A stretch of DNA of 64,000 nucleotides, taken from contig OZ024743.1 of the NCBI GenBank assembly GCA_964016885.1, positions 6,758,001-6,822,000 on the forward strand, in the 5' to 3' direction. The DNA is from Eledone cirrhosa. Its lineage: Eukaryota. The stretch's first letter is position 1. The number at the start of each line of letters is the position of its first letter. The notes beneath the pieces were generated by a model. That model had not been told where the DNA came from. It saw nothing but the letters and a program-made list of their open reading frames with translations, and made no database searches. The position numbers and the translations under genes are program-made. This document shows, piece by piece, positions 1 through 32,000 of this stretch.

Positions 1-2555
1 GGCCATTGCACGATATACTATTATTAATTAATTCTAACGTGCAATGCCTGTGCGTGAAGATATTTTTTAAAGTGAGGAAAGACTGTGCACTGAGCCAACC
101 CCACTCTCTGAGCGACAGTAGCTATAACCCGAAAAGAAGAAAAGATCAACATCATCGGTAACTACTGAGCCGCAGGTTTTATATCGGAGTTATCCCAGTT
201 TCCTGAGTTGCCTTCTAGAAGAATGCCCTGACAAAGGCTAGGGGTCCTTCACTCCCATTGGTTTACCCGCGCGGTACATGTGTATATACATATTTACACA
301 CTTTCGGATGGCCGTTGACTCTTGTGAATTCTTCCGCCCTTTGTCAGGTTTTGTTTTTTGTCCTGCAGGAGTCGCCGACGACCCGACCATGCGACATGTT
401 ACCAGTAGCACTTAAGAGTGACCCGACATACATACTTAGTATTTTATGGTTTTTGAGTGCTTTCTCTGCAATGTTATAATGTTATGGTTGTTGTTTTTTA
501 CTGTTTCGCTACCTCCAGTCGCTGGGCCGTGGCTATGCAGGGGCATCGCGATGTGTAAAATATTTATAAATATATAATGCGAGCTTCAAATATTTTTTAT
601 TATTTCTATAAAACTTTTGTTGTATAAAATGTTATTTTTATATACCGTCAATTGAGTATTATTTCGAGGTTGACTTTACCTTTCATCCTTACGGGGTCGA
701 TAAAATAAAGTACCAGTAATGCACTGGATAATTGCTGGCCTTGTGCCTAAAAGTAGAAACAATTATTTATGGGATTTATCTATAAAGAACATTTTGTTAA
801 ATCTTCGTCTTTAGTTATCCCATCTCTTGTGTTAGCAAGTAATCATTAAAAGCTCCCTTTAATTTATTCATATGGTAGTTTCAAATTAATTTATTTAATT
901 TTGTATTAAGAAATTCATTTTTTCAGATATATACTGAGGTTTTGTTTTGTTTTATTTTTATTATGAAAACAATAAAGAAAAAATTCCAAGCGTCTCATGC
1001 AACTGGTTCATGATCCCCGTCGACAAAATGGCAAAGCATTAACCTCAGTATGACACGGGAGACGCACTAAAAGAGCCAATCCAACTCGCCCTTTTCATCT
1101 TGGTTGACTATAGAAAGGAATGTGATGCGGGGACCCAGATCGCCTGTTATTTCAACCACTAGGATTTCGACAAGAAACCTTTCAGGGAGCAGCTGACATT
1201 TTGTCGAGTTACGAAAATTGGAACTGACACCGATTCCAGCAGGTTGCCGTCAGATGAAGTATGGCTACAAGTCAGATCCAAATTAAGGATTAGCTTCGAA
1301 ACGAAGATCGTGATGCTGCCCTCGCAGTCTAGCACCACCAGTTCCAGCTGCAATTGAAAACCGATTCTCTCCAAACCACGTTTAACGATACTGTCGGGAG
1401 CGTCATGCCGAGGGAAGCAGCCTGTGAGGAGGTTACATTACAGCAAGTAGAGTCCCAAAACATCTACTGTAGACCCATAATGTTATTTGTGTTGCTGACA
1501 AATCCGAAGACCAAGCTCGAGTGAAATGTCAATTCAAACAATAATTATCCACTTGGGTACCATTCGATAGCGAGTGTATAGCGTTCTGCCAAGCACCACC
1601 GTCGAGCTGGAGGGCTAAAACATGCTAGTCAATGCTGATCAAGCGTGTGTACATGGCTATTCGAGATTTTATCGCACTGGATGGCGTCCCATTTATGTTA
1701 GACAGAAAATTCATTTGGATTAAAATAATATTTTAAGAAGAAAATATTATTTTGTCAGAAACACTAATCCATCCATTCGTTCGAGTTAGCTTGAGAATGT
1801 TTTTATCAGGAGTGTCTACCATTGTTTGTGGTATCATTTCTTAGTCATTTTTTTAGTACAGCACCTATAGAAATACTAATTTTATTTTATAGTTAACTTT
1901 GAAAACTCATGTCTCATTTTCTGTCTCTCTTCTGAATAGAATATTAATCATGCTAAGAAACTCGGCACTTCTCGGCACTTCACTCTTAGGTGCAACTATT
2001 CCCAAGTGTGTCACGTGTGACATTGGTAACTCCAAGAGACATTGGTAACTCCAAGAGACATGGCTCAATAGGCTGTTCAAATCAAGATAAAGTAAACATG
2101 CGTCTGTGCAATTTTTATAAGAATCAGCATCTTCATATTTTCTGTTATCATACACCCATACACCGTTTTTTATCCAAAGTGACATACTGAACTTCCTTCT
2201 CTATGAAATAGTGTTTGAGAACATTTTACACAAGCAAGATGTGCTAGCTTAGTAACAATCCATTACAAAATTTACCATAAAAAAATAACTGTTTCTACTT
2301 TTGGCACAAGGCCAGCAATTACCCAGTGTAAAAATAACGTGTGTACACTTGCTGTAAGTGCTTGCAGAGCGGAGTACGATGTTCAACCGATATATATATT
2401 CGAAAGTTGCTTTACACTAATTGATTTGATAATTGATTCTCATTATTAATATAGGGCGGTCGATAAAATCCCTACGGGGTCGATAAAATAAAGTACCAGT
2501 AATGTACTGGGTAATTACTGGCCTTGTGCCTAAAGTAGAAACAATTATTAATATA

Positions 2556-2740
2556 GGGCGGTGGATTGGCAGTATCGGTAGAGGGTCGGACGCCATGCTT
2601 TCCAGCATAGTTACGTCCCTTTACGATCTGAGTTCAAATCCCGCCGAGGTTAACTTTGCCTTTCATCCTTACGGGGTCGATAAAATAAAGTACCAGTAAT
2701 ACACTGGGTAATTGCTGGCCTTGTGCCTAAAGTAGAAACA
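2556..2740 (+). mobile_element. tRNA-derived SINE family A (Nin-like core), full copy; truncated copy immediately upstream at 2454-2545
   Basis: Box A TGGCAGTATCGG, box B GAGTTCAAATCC, core ACTTTGCCTTTCATCCTTACGGGGTCGATAAAATAAAGTACCAG, 3' end GAAACAATTATT; more than 15 copies or fragments in the window. Confidence 0.9.
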
Positions 2741-3882
2741 ATTATTAATATATCCTACTCTACAGAAATAATGAGAAAATATGTCCTACCTCATCGTTTG
2801 GTTATGTTATTGAAAACGAATTGATTACATTTATATCTACCCTTGAACCATTCGCCGTGAGCAAGTAAAACAGATTAAATACATACTGATGAAGAAGCTT
2901 CTCAATGAGCAAATTTTATCCTGTCTGTGATGTATGAATCTCGTGTTTAAGTTTTAAATCTTATGGCAATGTACTACCACACAGTAAAAACGAAAGAGAT
3001 GCAATTCGAAATGTGAAACCATATGCGAACAAATTGTTTGCGAACTGATCTACAAAGTACCAATGCTAACAATTCACTGCTAGTTAATCTTACTCAGTTT
3101 AGACACAATTACAGGCATCAAAGAAAGATACTCACTTAGGCTCGGCGCTACCATTAGGTCAACTAGGCAGCTGCATGTGTACAGCTATCCCGAAATGTAA
3201 TGTTGAAAATAATCAATGTTGTCTTATTAATGGCTTAAATGTGTAAACACTGTAAACACTGTCATATAATTGTTTCATTGTAAAAGAAAAACAGACAGGG
3301 ATCAATATCAGTTCATACAGGAATCTTTCTAATATTACATTTAAATGGCTCTAACTAGTTGTCATAAATACTTAAGATTTTAATCACATTCACGAAATCA
3401 ATGATGCACAAAAACATTACGATATATTTTACAATTTATGGCAACTTAATATCTTTCTATTTTTTTGATTGATACAAACTTGATACCTAATGACAAGCTA
3501 AAAGAAATTTCTAGTTTATAATTCACCCTAGCCATTTTTACAGACAAATAATCAATATAAACTGTAGTGATGTGATCGAAAATGCTTTCAAACTTACTCC
3601 TGGCAAGTTATACTATAACATGTTGCTTACATGATACCCTCATTATTCATAAAAATGTAAGAGACGAAATCCCAAACTTTGTTAATTGATGTAAATGGAA
3701 GTTACGTTTTTGAAGAGCTATAGAAATATATTCTACTCCAATTTTTCTTCTTTTTCAAATTGTTTGTATTCGTTTATAAGTTTCACTTTACAAAGCTATT
3801 CCACTTCCTTGCTAGAGAAAACTCTTTCGAAAATGTTATTGCTAATGAGAAAGAACGGTTACCGATCAGGTATCTTAAAAAC

Positions 3883-4051
3883 CAGTGTCGGATTTAGGAC
3901 AAATGAGGCTCTGTGCTTGTTAATTGATGAGGCCCCAAACATTTTAAAAATTCATCGTAAATTCTTTTTTTTTTTTTGCAGGAAGATGCCCCTCTGGTCA
4001 ACGGGGCCCTGTGCTTAAGCACACCTAAGCACAATGACAAATCCGGCATTG
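3883..4051. mobile_element. hAT-type MITE
   Basis: TIRs cagtgtcggattt / aaatccggcattg; 8-bp TSD (t/c)taaaaac. Confidence 0.7.
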
Positions 4052-5126
4052 CTAAAAACATACGAAAACTGAGAATAGATACGCATTGAATCCCTATCTA
4101 CAGTGACTTATTGTTGTTGTTTGGCTTCATATCAACTCCAGTTGAGTAGGCCTATAATCAAAAGTGCTTCGCCTGTAGCTATTCTACCTTATATCAAACA
4201 ATGTATATCTAAGGCTACATTATTAAATGTGTTCTTACTTTTCAAGGAAGTAATATTCGATCCCACAGTGTTGCATCATGGGCACGTGTCATCTATCATA
4301 GCCTCAATTGGACCAATACTTTCTGAATGAAATTGGGTAGACAGAAACTGTTTGGAAGCCTGTCGGACCAGCCTCGTTTCGTGCCATGCCGTGGTAATAC
4401 ATCTATACCATGTGGTATAGATGAATCTGATCTCTCTGATAATGAAATCCAATTGTATTTTTAATATATTTTTTTACTAAATTTTCAGAACAGACTATTT
4501 CTCAAATCCTGATAGCAGTTTGTCTCGGAGAGTAGAGACTCTAAAATAAAACTCATTATCTTGATCAGCAGGAAAATAGAACATATTTCGTCCCCAAACC
4601 TTGCTCACTTAGTTAAAAGATTTAAAGAAATATTAATTATATATTAGTTTTCTTCTGCTTTAAACTGTACGGCATCGAATTTTACTGTTTGTTCAGCCAT
4701 CGTTGTGGAAAAGATCCGCTGGAAAATGATATCAATCCCCTGTGCTTGACTGGTACTTTTATCGACATAGGAAGGATGAAAGGCAAAGTTGACCTCGGCG
4801 ACATTTAAACTCAGAATGTAAAATGTGGTAACTAAATACTGCAAAGCATTTTGTCCGGTGTTCTACCGATAATACCAATCTACCACCATCAAGGAACCTA
4901 AAATAATAAAACGTAGTGTTTGGAAATCAGTACCGAAAATCGACAACAGAAATTAAAATGATGTATTTCATGTTCCATTAATTAGGGTTTCTCGTGGTGT
5001 ACGTAGATCCTTAACACAACTAAGACCACATTTCAAAAACTTGTCCTTTTGTTCAAGGCCAGAAAATACTTTATCCTCCTACAAATACTGATGCTCTACA
5101 AAATTCAGATTAGACTCACAATGGAG

Positions 5127-5165
<39 letters not shown>

Positions 5166-5603
5166 ACACTCAAACACTATAGACTGCATCCAAAGAAAGT
5201 CTACTCAATTCATTGATATACAATCATTTATAGATACACCCAAAACTCTGTCTTGCAGATGTCTTGGCTCTTCTCTCTGTATCTTCTACCGTTACTTCAA
5301 TGTTTTCTATTTCTCGGAGCTGACTGGTCATGTGCTGCATCCACTCAAGAACTCCTGAACCACTTGTCTTTCCTCCTCTCATCACCCATGTTTTATTCAT
5401 CCCACCGTTCCCTCAAGGATCCTCACTAACTACTATGCCAAGTCCTTCTTCTCCAAAAAGTCGAAACATTAACATCATCATCACCTGTCTCGGAAGTACT
5501 GCGAAGGCCATAATCATTGACTCTTCCTTCAGAATAAAAAGAAAGTTGAAAGGATTCTCCCATCCTGGATAGGAAGGGTGAATTGTTATTAGCTGTCTAG
5601 TAA

Positions 5604-5820
5604 GGGCGGTGGATTGGCAGTATCGGTAGAGGGCCGGACGCCATGCTTTGACGCATAGAGTTACGTCCCTTTATGATCTGAGTTCAAATCCCGCCGAGGT
5701 TAACTTTGCCTTTCATCCTTACGGGGTCGTTAAAATAAAGTACCAGTCACGCACTGGGGTCGATTTAATCGACTTTCCCCTCCCCAAAAAATTGCTGGCC
5801 TTGTGCCTATATAAGAAACA
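5604..5820 (+). mobile_element. SINE family A with 17-bp TSD
   Basis: Flanked by gttattagctgtctagt at 5585-5601 and 5821-5837. Confidence 0.9.
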
Positions 5821-6578
5821 GTTATTAGCTGTCTAGTGCTAGCCTATATATACGGCGGTAAGCTAAAATCTATATTGCATCTATTTTCAGTTAAGTGAAC
5901 GGGGGGCACACAATGAAATGTCTTTGCCAAGAGCCCTCTATGCATAAGTCAGCACATCGTCTCCGCGAACTACTGTTTCCCTTTTCTAGTCATATGAATA
6001 TTTCACCAAACCTTTTACACTATAACATCATTCCGTACCTTTGTCAAATAATTGCGGCTTTGCAGGAATTGCTTGGGTTGAATTAATTTTAAATATTGTT
6101 TGATAATATAGATATACTTTCATTTTCTACTTCCAGTAACAACTAAAGCAAAAATCAAATTATTTTACAGCTTTTTTCCCTATTATATTTTGCTTTTACT
6201 TTCATCAAACCTCTTTTCATAAATATTAAACGAATTTCTCAACCCCACCACAAATGTACTAACTTTCATTTCGTATTAAAAGGGCATATTGATGTGTCCT
6301 AAGTTTAACTAAATTTAGTTCACTACTGTAGTGTGATTCAGAAAGCTGATAATACACGAACATAGTATTTAGCTGAGATAGTTTCCAATCTTTGCTTTAT
6401 TGACGATGTGTATAATTATCGTATATTTATATGTACCTCAAATGTTATGTAAACTTATCGACCACGTTAATGATGTTTTTAAAAATAATCAACATTATTG
6501 TATAAAATTAAATGTGGAATGATGCATATTTCATTTTTAAAATACTTTCTTCACTTTATTTTTTTTACATTTCAGAAA

Positions 6579-24188
<17,610 letters not shown>

Positions 24189-26073
24189 AATACGACTTGC
24201 CCAATCATAAAAGATGCAGCAACTATTTCAGTTATATTTCTTTCCAATAACTATTGCACATCAATTCTCTAAAGTATCGACAATGGACTCTCAACAATTC
24301 AGGAATGTGTGAATAAACTCTATTTACAAATGGTCTTATTTGATTGGTGCCTGTTTGAGGCAGTATCAGCGTATTCTTAATGTCAGGACCAGCTTTCATG
24401 AATCTAACTCCATCGTTTCGTTTGCAAATTATATTTTATGAGAATGAAAAATAAAATGATACGATAGAAAATAAAGTTTCCTCTCTTTTCTTCACAAATT
24501 TGTTTTTCTTTTATTTGGTGGAAAGTTATAATTCGATCTAAAGAGCAATGGTTTGGGACAAAGCAAAGAATTCATCGATAGCTTTAGTTTTACATATTTC
24601 ATTGGTTCTGAATGAAATTCTGATAGAAGGATGGAAAATAGTTGTGTTAATGATATCCAATGTGATGGATAAAGTAAAGCATTGTAAATTGGTTTCAGAA
24701 GCTCAGATAGGGATGGGCTCTGCCAGGATGTATTTTCCCAAGATACACTGCACAACAGCATGCCCACAACCATGGAGGTTCAAGAGAAAATTGAAATGAA
24801 GTGAATCTAGGAAACTGCAAAAAGACACTGGATATTGTGTCTCCTCGCAGACAAAGTGGTAAAATATAACAGATTCTCCATCAGTTTCAACAATGAGCAT
24901 TCAGTTATTTGATCAACTGTGTTTCTAACTCATGAATTAACATAAATGTTCCACAGACATATGTACCTTTAGCATATTACAAGTACAGTCCATCTGACGA
25001 AATTCCAAAGAGTTTCCATCCCTAATTTCACTCACTAGGCTTGGGTTGACCCAAGGCTATTATAAATGACACTTGCCTAAGATGCCAAGCAGAGGGACCA
25101 AAATGAGGACCTCATGACTGAGGCAAACTGCTTGACTATTCAGTCATGAGGCATTTAATTTCAGTATTCTTTACTGAAAGTACATTTTCTACACTATTAG
25201 GATCCTAATGTTTATACACGAGTCTTCTGAATCCTTTCATAACCATATTTCTAATGAAATACACCATCTGTTTTTCAATTAATATTGTAAATTATCAACA
25301 AATTTAGTACAATAACTAACCATATTAATAAGCTGAAATTTAATAGATAACTTAAAAAATATATTCTTTCATAAAAGGAGTTAGGAGGAGCCTTCAGCAG
25401 TTTGTGCCAAAAGACAACTTCTCTTAATATAACCATACATAAGCAGGATACAGAATCCTCGGCCTGTCTGAGAAGTCAACAGCCCCACTTTAGTATTGAC
25501 TTGGTCTATGTAGACCCATCCAATCTTTGCTAGCAGGGAAAATGGATGTTATGATGGTGATGATGAAAAATATGTTTTATTTGAATAGGAATTTTTTATA
25601 ACCAGAGATTTGTTATAGCGTTTTAGGGTGAGTTGGTATCAAAAGGATTAAAAGAAATCTTTTTCGCTCTCAAATAAAAAGAGTTTTGCATGAAACAGTA
25701 CTTTCATCTCCCCATGGCATGCAATCTTATCTAAATTTGCCAACTCTTTAAAACAGTTCAATTTGCTGAGCTTTATCTCACAAAACTTATATAAATAATT
25801 AACAGAATAAAATATTTTATTTATTGAAATAGAAAGCACTATATTGTGAGTTTATAATGGTTGTTGATAAACGAGTGAAGTTATAATGTTGCCAATGTTT
25901 TGAGACAGAAATGAAATTTTCACAAATTTTCATCATATGGGAAATTACAAAAATCATATACTTAACATATTTTGGTTTGTGACAACAAAATATTATATTA
26001 TTTTAATGTAAGAAAAAGAGTGAAATATTTAATGGAATTCTGTATCCTTCAATATAAACTGTTTGATAGGTGA

Positions 26074-26088
26074 TCACATTTCATCCAA
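26074..26088 (-). CDS. XRCC5: Ku80 last coding exon (LDEM-stop)
   Basis: Acceptor ttttttccattgcag|TTG GAT GAA ATG TGA, equivalent to human LDMI-stop; minus-strand AATAAA near 25816-25825. Confidence 0.85.
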   Translation of the reverse strand: MDEM

Positions 26089-29000
26089 CTGCAATGGAAA
26101 AAAAAATATACAATAAATAAATAGATATTGATTTTAAGACAATTATTTTTAGATAAATCATTAATACATTATTTCTTACCACAAACATTGGAATACATTT
26201 TGCAGCCCATTCTATTAAGTGATAGTGTTGGTGCCACGATAAAATGCACCCAATACACTCTGTAAAGTGTTTGGCATTAGGAGGGGCATCCAGTCATAGA
26301 AACTAAGCCAAAACAGATAATGGCCATTTAACTTATCTACTCTCAGACCTGACACTCCATCCAACCCATGCCAGCTTGGAAAATAAACATATGATGATGA
26401 TGATGTTGATGAATAATCCCCTTACTAGAAATTTGTATCAATTTTACTTCATAATAGAGTATTCAATTCTTAAATCAATGAAATATTTATTCCAAAAACC
26501 CTTGTAAATGATCATTCTTTCTTAAAATGTAATTTAACAGTGCTCTGTACAGCTTTTACAACTCACCAAATCATCTGCAGACGTTTCCTTCATAGCATCA
26601 TTTAATTTTGTGACATGTTCGCTCTGATCGTCGCCAGTTTTTTCAGCATTTTCAGTATCAAGTAATTCAGTTTTGCCTGAGAAAAGATTGACGTTAAGAA
26701 TCAGATTATTTCATAATAGTTTCCTAATTTTCCATTAAATATAATCAATTGACCTTTAGAACAAACATTTTTGACTTTTAACAAAACGGGTAAAATCATT
26801 AAACCTAAAATTTGAAATACAAAAGATTTGAAGGATCATACTATAACAGTTGAACTAAGTGTTTCACTTGACACCACTTATGACTTGTTACACACTACTA
26901 TAATAAATACACACAATGTTACACACTACTATAATAAATACACAGCTCTGATACAATTTGAAATAATGCTATTTTATGCTATATATTGTTCAAGATATTA
27001 TACCAGTCAACTGTGAATTTAACAGTTCATATGGTAATTTGGTTATTGGAATATTGGTGAATAGTCCACTTAGTATACAAAAAGACAGAAAATGCAGAGA
27101 AAAGTTTTAGATGAAAAGAAGCATTTTTTGTAAATGACTAAAAAGAACACAAAAAGGATTAGTTAGATTCCTAAAAAGACATAGCAAAGACCAAAAGCCC
27201 TAATTGATAATAATTAATAATAAAAACGCTCAAAATCTTGTCAGAACTTACAAATAACAGGGAAAACATAATAAAAAAGAAATTTCAGAAATTACTTCAA
27301 CGATAGTAGTGTCCCAGCATGGCCTCAGCCTATTGGCTGGAACACGTAATAGAAATAATAGAAAATAATAGAAATAGATTGCCTAAATGAGTTATGAGAA
27401 AAATTATGTAATAACCCAAAACAAAAATTGATCCAAATAAAGTCTATACATTTTTGGGGACTGCAAACAATGAAAACAAAACAAGTTAAATAAAAAAAAT
27501 AAGAAACATTTGGAAGAAAATCAAAAACAAAATAAAAATTGTGGCCAAGATGGAATTATTTCAATCAAATTCAAATGAAAGTATAAATTGTAATTTTACT
27601 GGAGTTGTAAGCACATCAGATAGAATGCGCTCTCTGCATTCTGAATTCAAATTATGCTGAGATCAACTTTGCCTTTCATCCTTTACAGCTTACCATATAT
27701 ACATGAATATTAGCCAAGGAATATATGACCAAAGAATTTTAAGTAAAATGGGAGGGGGGGGGGGAAGGGGGCTTATATATGCCATCGAAACAATGTGTTG
27801 ATTAGCTGCCTGGGCCTATAAATTGGGTTTGGATTTTTGCCCATTTCTCAGCCATAAAATAGGAGTCGGGTTATATTTGGAGCAGATTATATTCAAGTAT
27901 ATATGGTGAACCAATCCCAGTATTAGACTGGGATTGGTTCTTCCACAATATCTCTCCCACTTTCTCCCTTGCACTCTCTCTCTTTCTTTGGAAGAAATCT
28001 GTTGTGTTCAGACCTGGAGATGGATGAGCTTCACCAGGTTTTTAAAACACCCATATATATCACTGTGGTGCCCTTACAAATCCATGGATGAATATATGTG
28101 ATGGTGGAAGAAATACTTAGGGAGAATCTCTAGCATAACATACAACCAAGTAATGAAAAGGCAGATATGATGTGGAACATTTTTTTTTCTACATTACATT
28201 ACAATCTATATATTTTTTGAAAATTAATATTATATTTCCTAGATTATACTTTATAAAATAATTTGTTTGCAATAAACTTTCATATTAACAACTACACTAT
28301 AGCATTCTTAAATAAATATTTTCAATTTTAGAATGTATTAAGAACTGAATTTACATGATAGGTTTGGGACCCTTATCATTAAAATACCAAAGAAACCTTT
28401 GAGATGCAACCTCATAGGAAGCCACCTAAACCTACAAGGTGAGAACCTATAGCCAGTTTTCACTTTGTAATCTTAACAACTAAGCAGTGAACAATAAAAC
28501 AAAATATAAGACAATAGAAAAATTCTTTCACCGTCAAAATATTTTCCAGCAAGAAGAAGTTGTTTGAAATCTTCCTTTGGAGGAACATTGGAAGTCTGAA
28601 ATAAGTGCATATTGTGATTAATGGCATTTCAGGAAATATAAGAAGTATATGTACAGAAAATAATTTACTCATTGTTTATAGCAAATTTAGTAAAATATTA
28701 AAGTTAACAAAACATTGAAAAAAAAAACAATATGACTAATTGCATTTAGACAACAACCAATCACTCTCAATTAAAGCTAATAGTGTAGGTCATTCAATAG
28801 AATTTCAAAACCACTAAAATCAACCTTGTTGATTTCTCAAGTTGCAGTAACGTGATTGTTTTTTATGAGAAAATTTTACACTTGTTGTGTGATGCCAGAA
28901 AAACTATCAGTATTTTTTTTTTTATTTCCCTGTAAAATAAGAAATATATATATAGGGCCATTAACTCTTGAAGGAGTTGTAGGGGCACCATCTTGAACAT

Positions 29001-32000
29001 TTTAAACCTGATAACGCCCATCCCTTTCCAGGTCAGAATACAGCAAATTTCTTCGGGGGGGGGGGGGGGGGGGGGGGGGGGTTAGAAGAATCAACTCCAG
29101 TACTGAAATAGTTCTTTATCAACTCTGATAGAATGAAAGGCAAAGTTGACCTGGGTTTCAGCAAGCTAGAACAAATGCTGAGGCCTATATTTTCCATCTG
29201 ATACCCCTAACATCTCTGCCAATTCGCTGTCTTTAATATTATTAGTGTCGTAATTATTTGAAAGACAATTATAATAGTCCACTTTATGATTGCATTATTT
29301 GGACTATCATGAGGGTGGGGAATTGGCAGTATCGGTAGAAGGTCGGACATGCTTTCCAGCATAGTTACTTCCCTTTACGATCTGAGTTCAAATCCCGGCG
29401 AGGTTAACTTTGCTTTTCATCCTTGCGAGGTCGATAAAATAAAGTACCAGTAATGTACTGGGTAATTGCTGGGCTTGTGCCAAAAGTAGAAACAATTATT
29501 TGGACTATCATGCTTTTTATTTTTAATGATATTTCTTGCTGGATTCCTTTCCTATCACCAACCGGTGCATTTTTATCAAGCCACCAACAGTAGAGAGGTT
29601 GTTTGTCTACTTTCTATCAATGTTTATTCAGAGTGACTGCTCTCCTTGACAGATTGCCTTTCCTATAGATTAAAGAGTTTACAATATTCCTGTAAAGATC
29701 AATGAGTGTGTCACCGTAAATGTGGTTGGCATTAGGAAGGGCATCCAGCCATAGAAACCAAGTCAGAATCAGTTCTGTATGAGTAAGACACGATCATCTC
29801 ATCTGGTTTGTCTCACAACAGGACAACTTGTCTACCCATGCTAGCATGGAAAAATAGATGTTATACAGTGATAATTATTTCTACTTTTGTCACAAGGCCA
29901 GCAATTATCCCAGTGCATTACTGGTACTTTATTTTATCGACCCCGTAAGGATGAAAGACAAAGTTAACCCTGGCGGGATTTGAACTCAGACCATAAAGGG
30001 CCGTAACTCTTTGCTTGCAAAGCATGGCGTCCGACCCTCTACCGATACTGCCATTCCACCGCCCTCTATGTTAAACAGTGATAATGATGATCAATCAGAA
30101 ATAGATGTGTATATTTTCTTACCTCATCTGTGGAAGTTAAAGTTCCTTTCTTTTCAGATGCCTTTAAAAATGAATCCATATCCAAGCTACAATAAAAGTA
30201 GTATAATCATTAAGATCAGATAGTACTTTTTATAATCAGAATTAACATACATTTCTATTAGTTGGAAGCTAGGGATCATACATCATCTACAAACAATCTA
30301 AAGATGGGTTTGGGAAGGAGATGCTTCAGGAATAATGCTGCTCCAGAAATTTGAAATAACAAGGATAAAATGATAGAGCAATATCAGTAACAACCATATT
30401 TACAAATGTAAAGTGTTCATTCCATTTAGTGATGCACTCTTTGTGGACAAATAGAAATAGTTTAGGTATGTTTTTTTTAGAGATATCCCAAAAGAAATAA
30501 CCAAGCTATATTTATCTAAAGTGTCCAAAGAAACAGATACAGAAGATCACATCTAAATCCAGATAAAGTGTAAAGATCCTCTTTAGTCACAAATGACCAT
30601 GGTTTTGCATCTAGAAAGTTCCCCTTGGAGGCACAAATCTAGGCAAGGTTATTTGTGGAAGACAAGCAGTCATCCTTGCATACCAGCCTCCCCTCTCCAT
30701 GCCACCAATGTTGTCCAAGGGAAAGACAATGGCCGATACAGCTTGGCACCAGCAGTGACATTGCAACACATTTCTACAGCTGAGTAAACTGGAGCAACGC
30801 AAAATAAAGTGCTTGCTCAAGGACACAACGCATGGCCGAGTCCAAGAATCAAACTCACAAATCCAGATAAGGAACTTTAGAGAAAAAACTGGAAATAATT
30901 CTCAAAAATATTTTGAAATCCAATGCAACAGTATACAATGGAGAAATTGAGAAATATGTTAGAAAAATTAATGTTAAATTTACTTATTGTCAAACAGCTT
31001 TTCACCAGTCTTTTTTGTTTTATCAGGTTTTACATTTTCAAGTTTAAAATTTTCTTTGATTTTCCTTATAGCTTCTTTATTTTCAAAAAAAGCTACTCCA
31101 TGTTTAGTTGTAAGTGAAGAAGGCAAATCAGGAATTGGTTTTGTAGGTTCTAGTACTCTTTGTTCAAAACACTGAGCAAAATAACAAGAAAAAGATTGAT
31201 ATTAAAAATTATTTGATATATATACACACACACACACATATATATATATAATTTTTCTAATATCCAGTAATGATTTCGCAGAAAATATCTAAAAAATTAT
31301 TTGTTAATACAAATGTTTATAGTATCTTTACAAATGAACAGACTGTTGTGAAACTTTGCAGTAAACTAAAGTAAAGATGCAATCATAGTGTTGCTTTGTG
31401 CTTCTCAAGAATGTCTTGCTACAGGACATTAAGAGTTAAGAAAGACATGAAATCAAGGATGAAATGAAATACAAACAATTGTTCTTACCTGATAAAATCT
31501 CTCTAAAGTAGGATTTGACGTGTATTTTGGCTCCAAAAGGTTATGTTTTTCTTCATTATCTCTAATATAAAAAATAATGTTTGATTAATCTAAGAGAAAA
31601 TAATAACAATTCAACAATAATTTCTGAGGAATAGTTTAGCACAATATAAGAACATTAAAATATTTTATTTACATAATGAACCCAGAGATGAGAGTCACTC
31701 CAGGCAGAGTGGCTACTTCTGCGAATTGAGAGATCACAGCTCCGATACTATGGACATGTGGTTAGAATGTCACAGGAAAGAATCACTGGACATATTTTAT
31801 GGGCAAAACCAACAAACAAGAGACCCAGGGCATGGCTAGTCATGCTTGGGGATCCAGCTGGATCAGTTGGATACAGTTGCTTCTGACAGGACCCACTGCA
31901 AGGAGTGTTTGAGGAGGATGAATTAATGTAAAGTGGTCGTGTGTCACGACAATAAACACCCTGTAAATGTGGTTGGCATTAGGAAGGGCATCCAGCTGTA

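Noticed and set aside
2556-2650. tRNA genes at box A/box B motifs
   Set aside because: They are SINE heads followed by core and tail, with no complete cloverleaf.
26677-26700. Second U12 intron suggested by TTCTTAAC before the acceptor
   Set aside because: No upstream RTATCCTT donor was found and a normal pyrimidine tract is present, so it is compatible with a U2 branch point.
27908-27940. Perfect 14-bp hairpin as a terminator or miRNA
   Set aside because: Too short for a pre-miRNA, intrinsic terminators do not apply here, and there is no other support.
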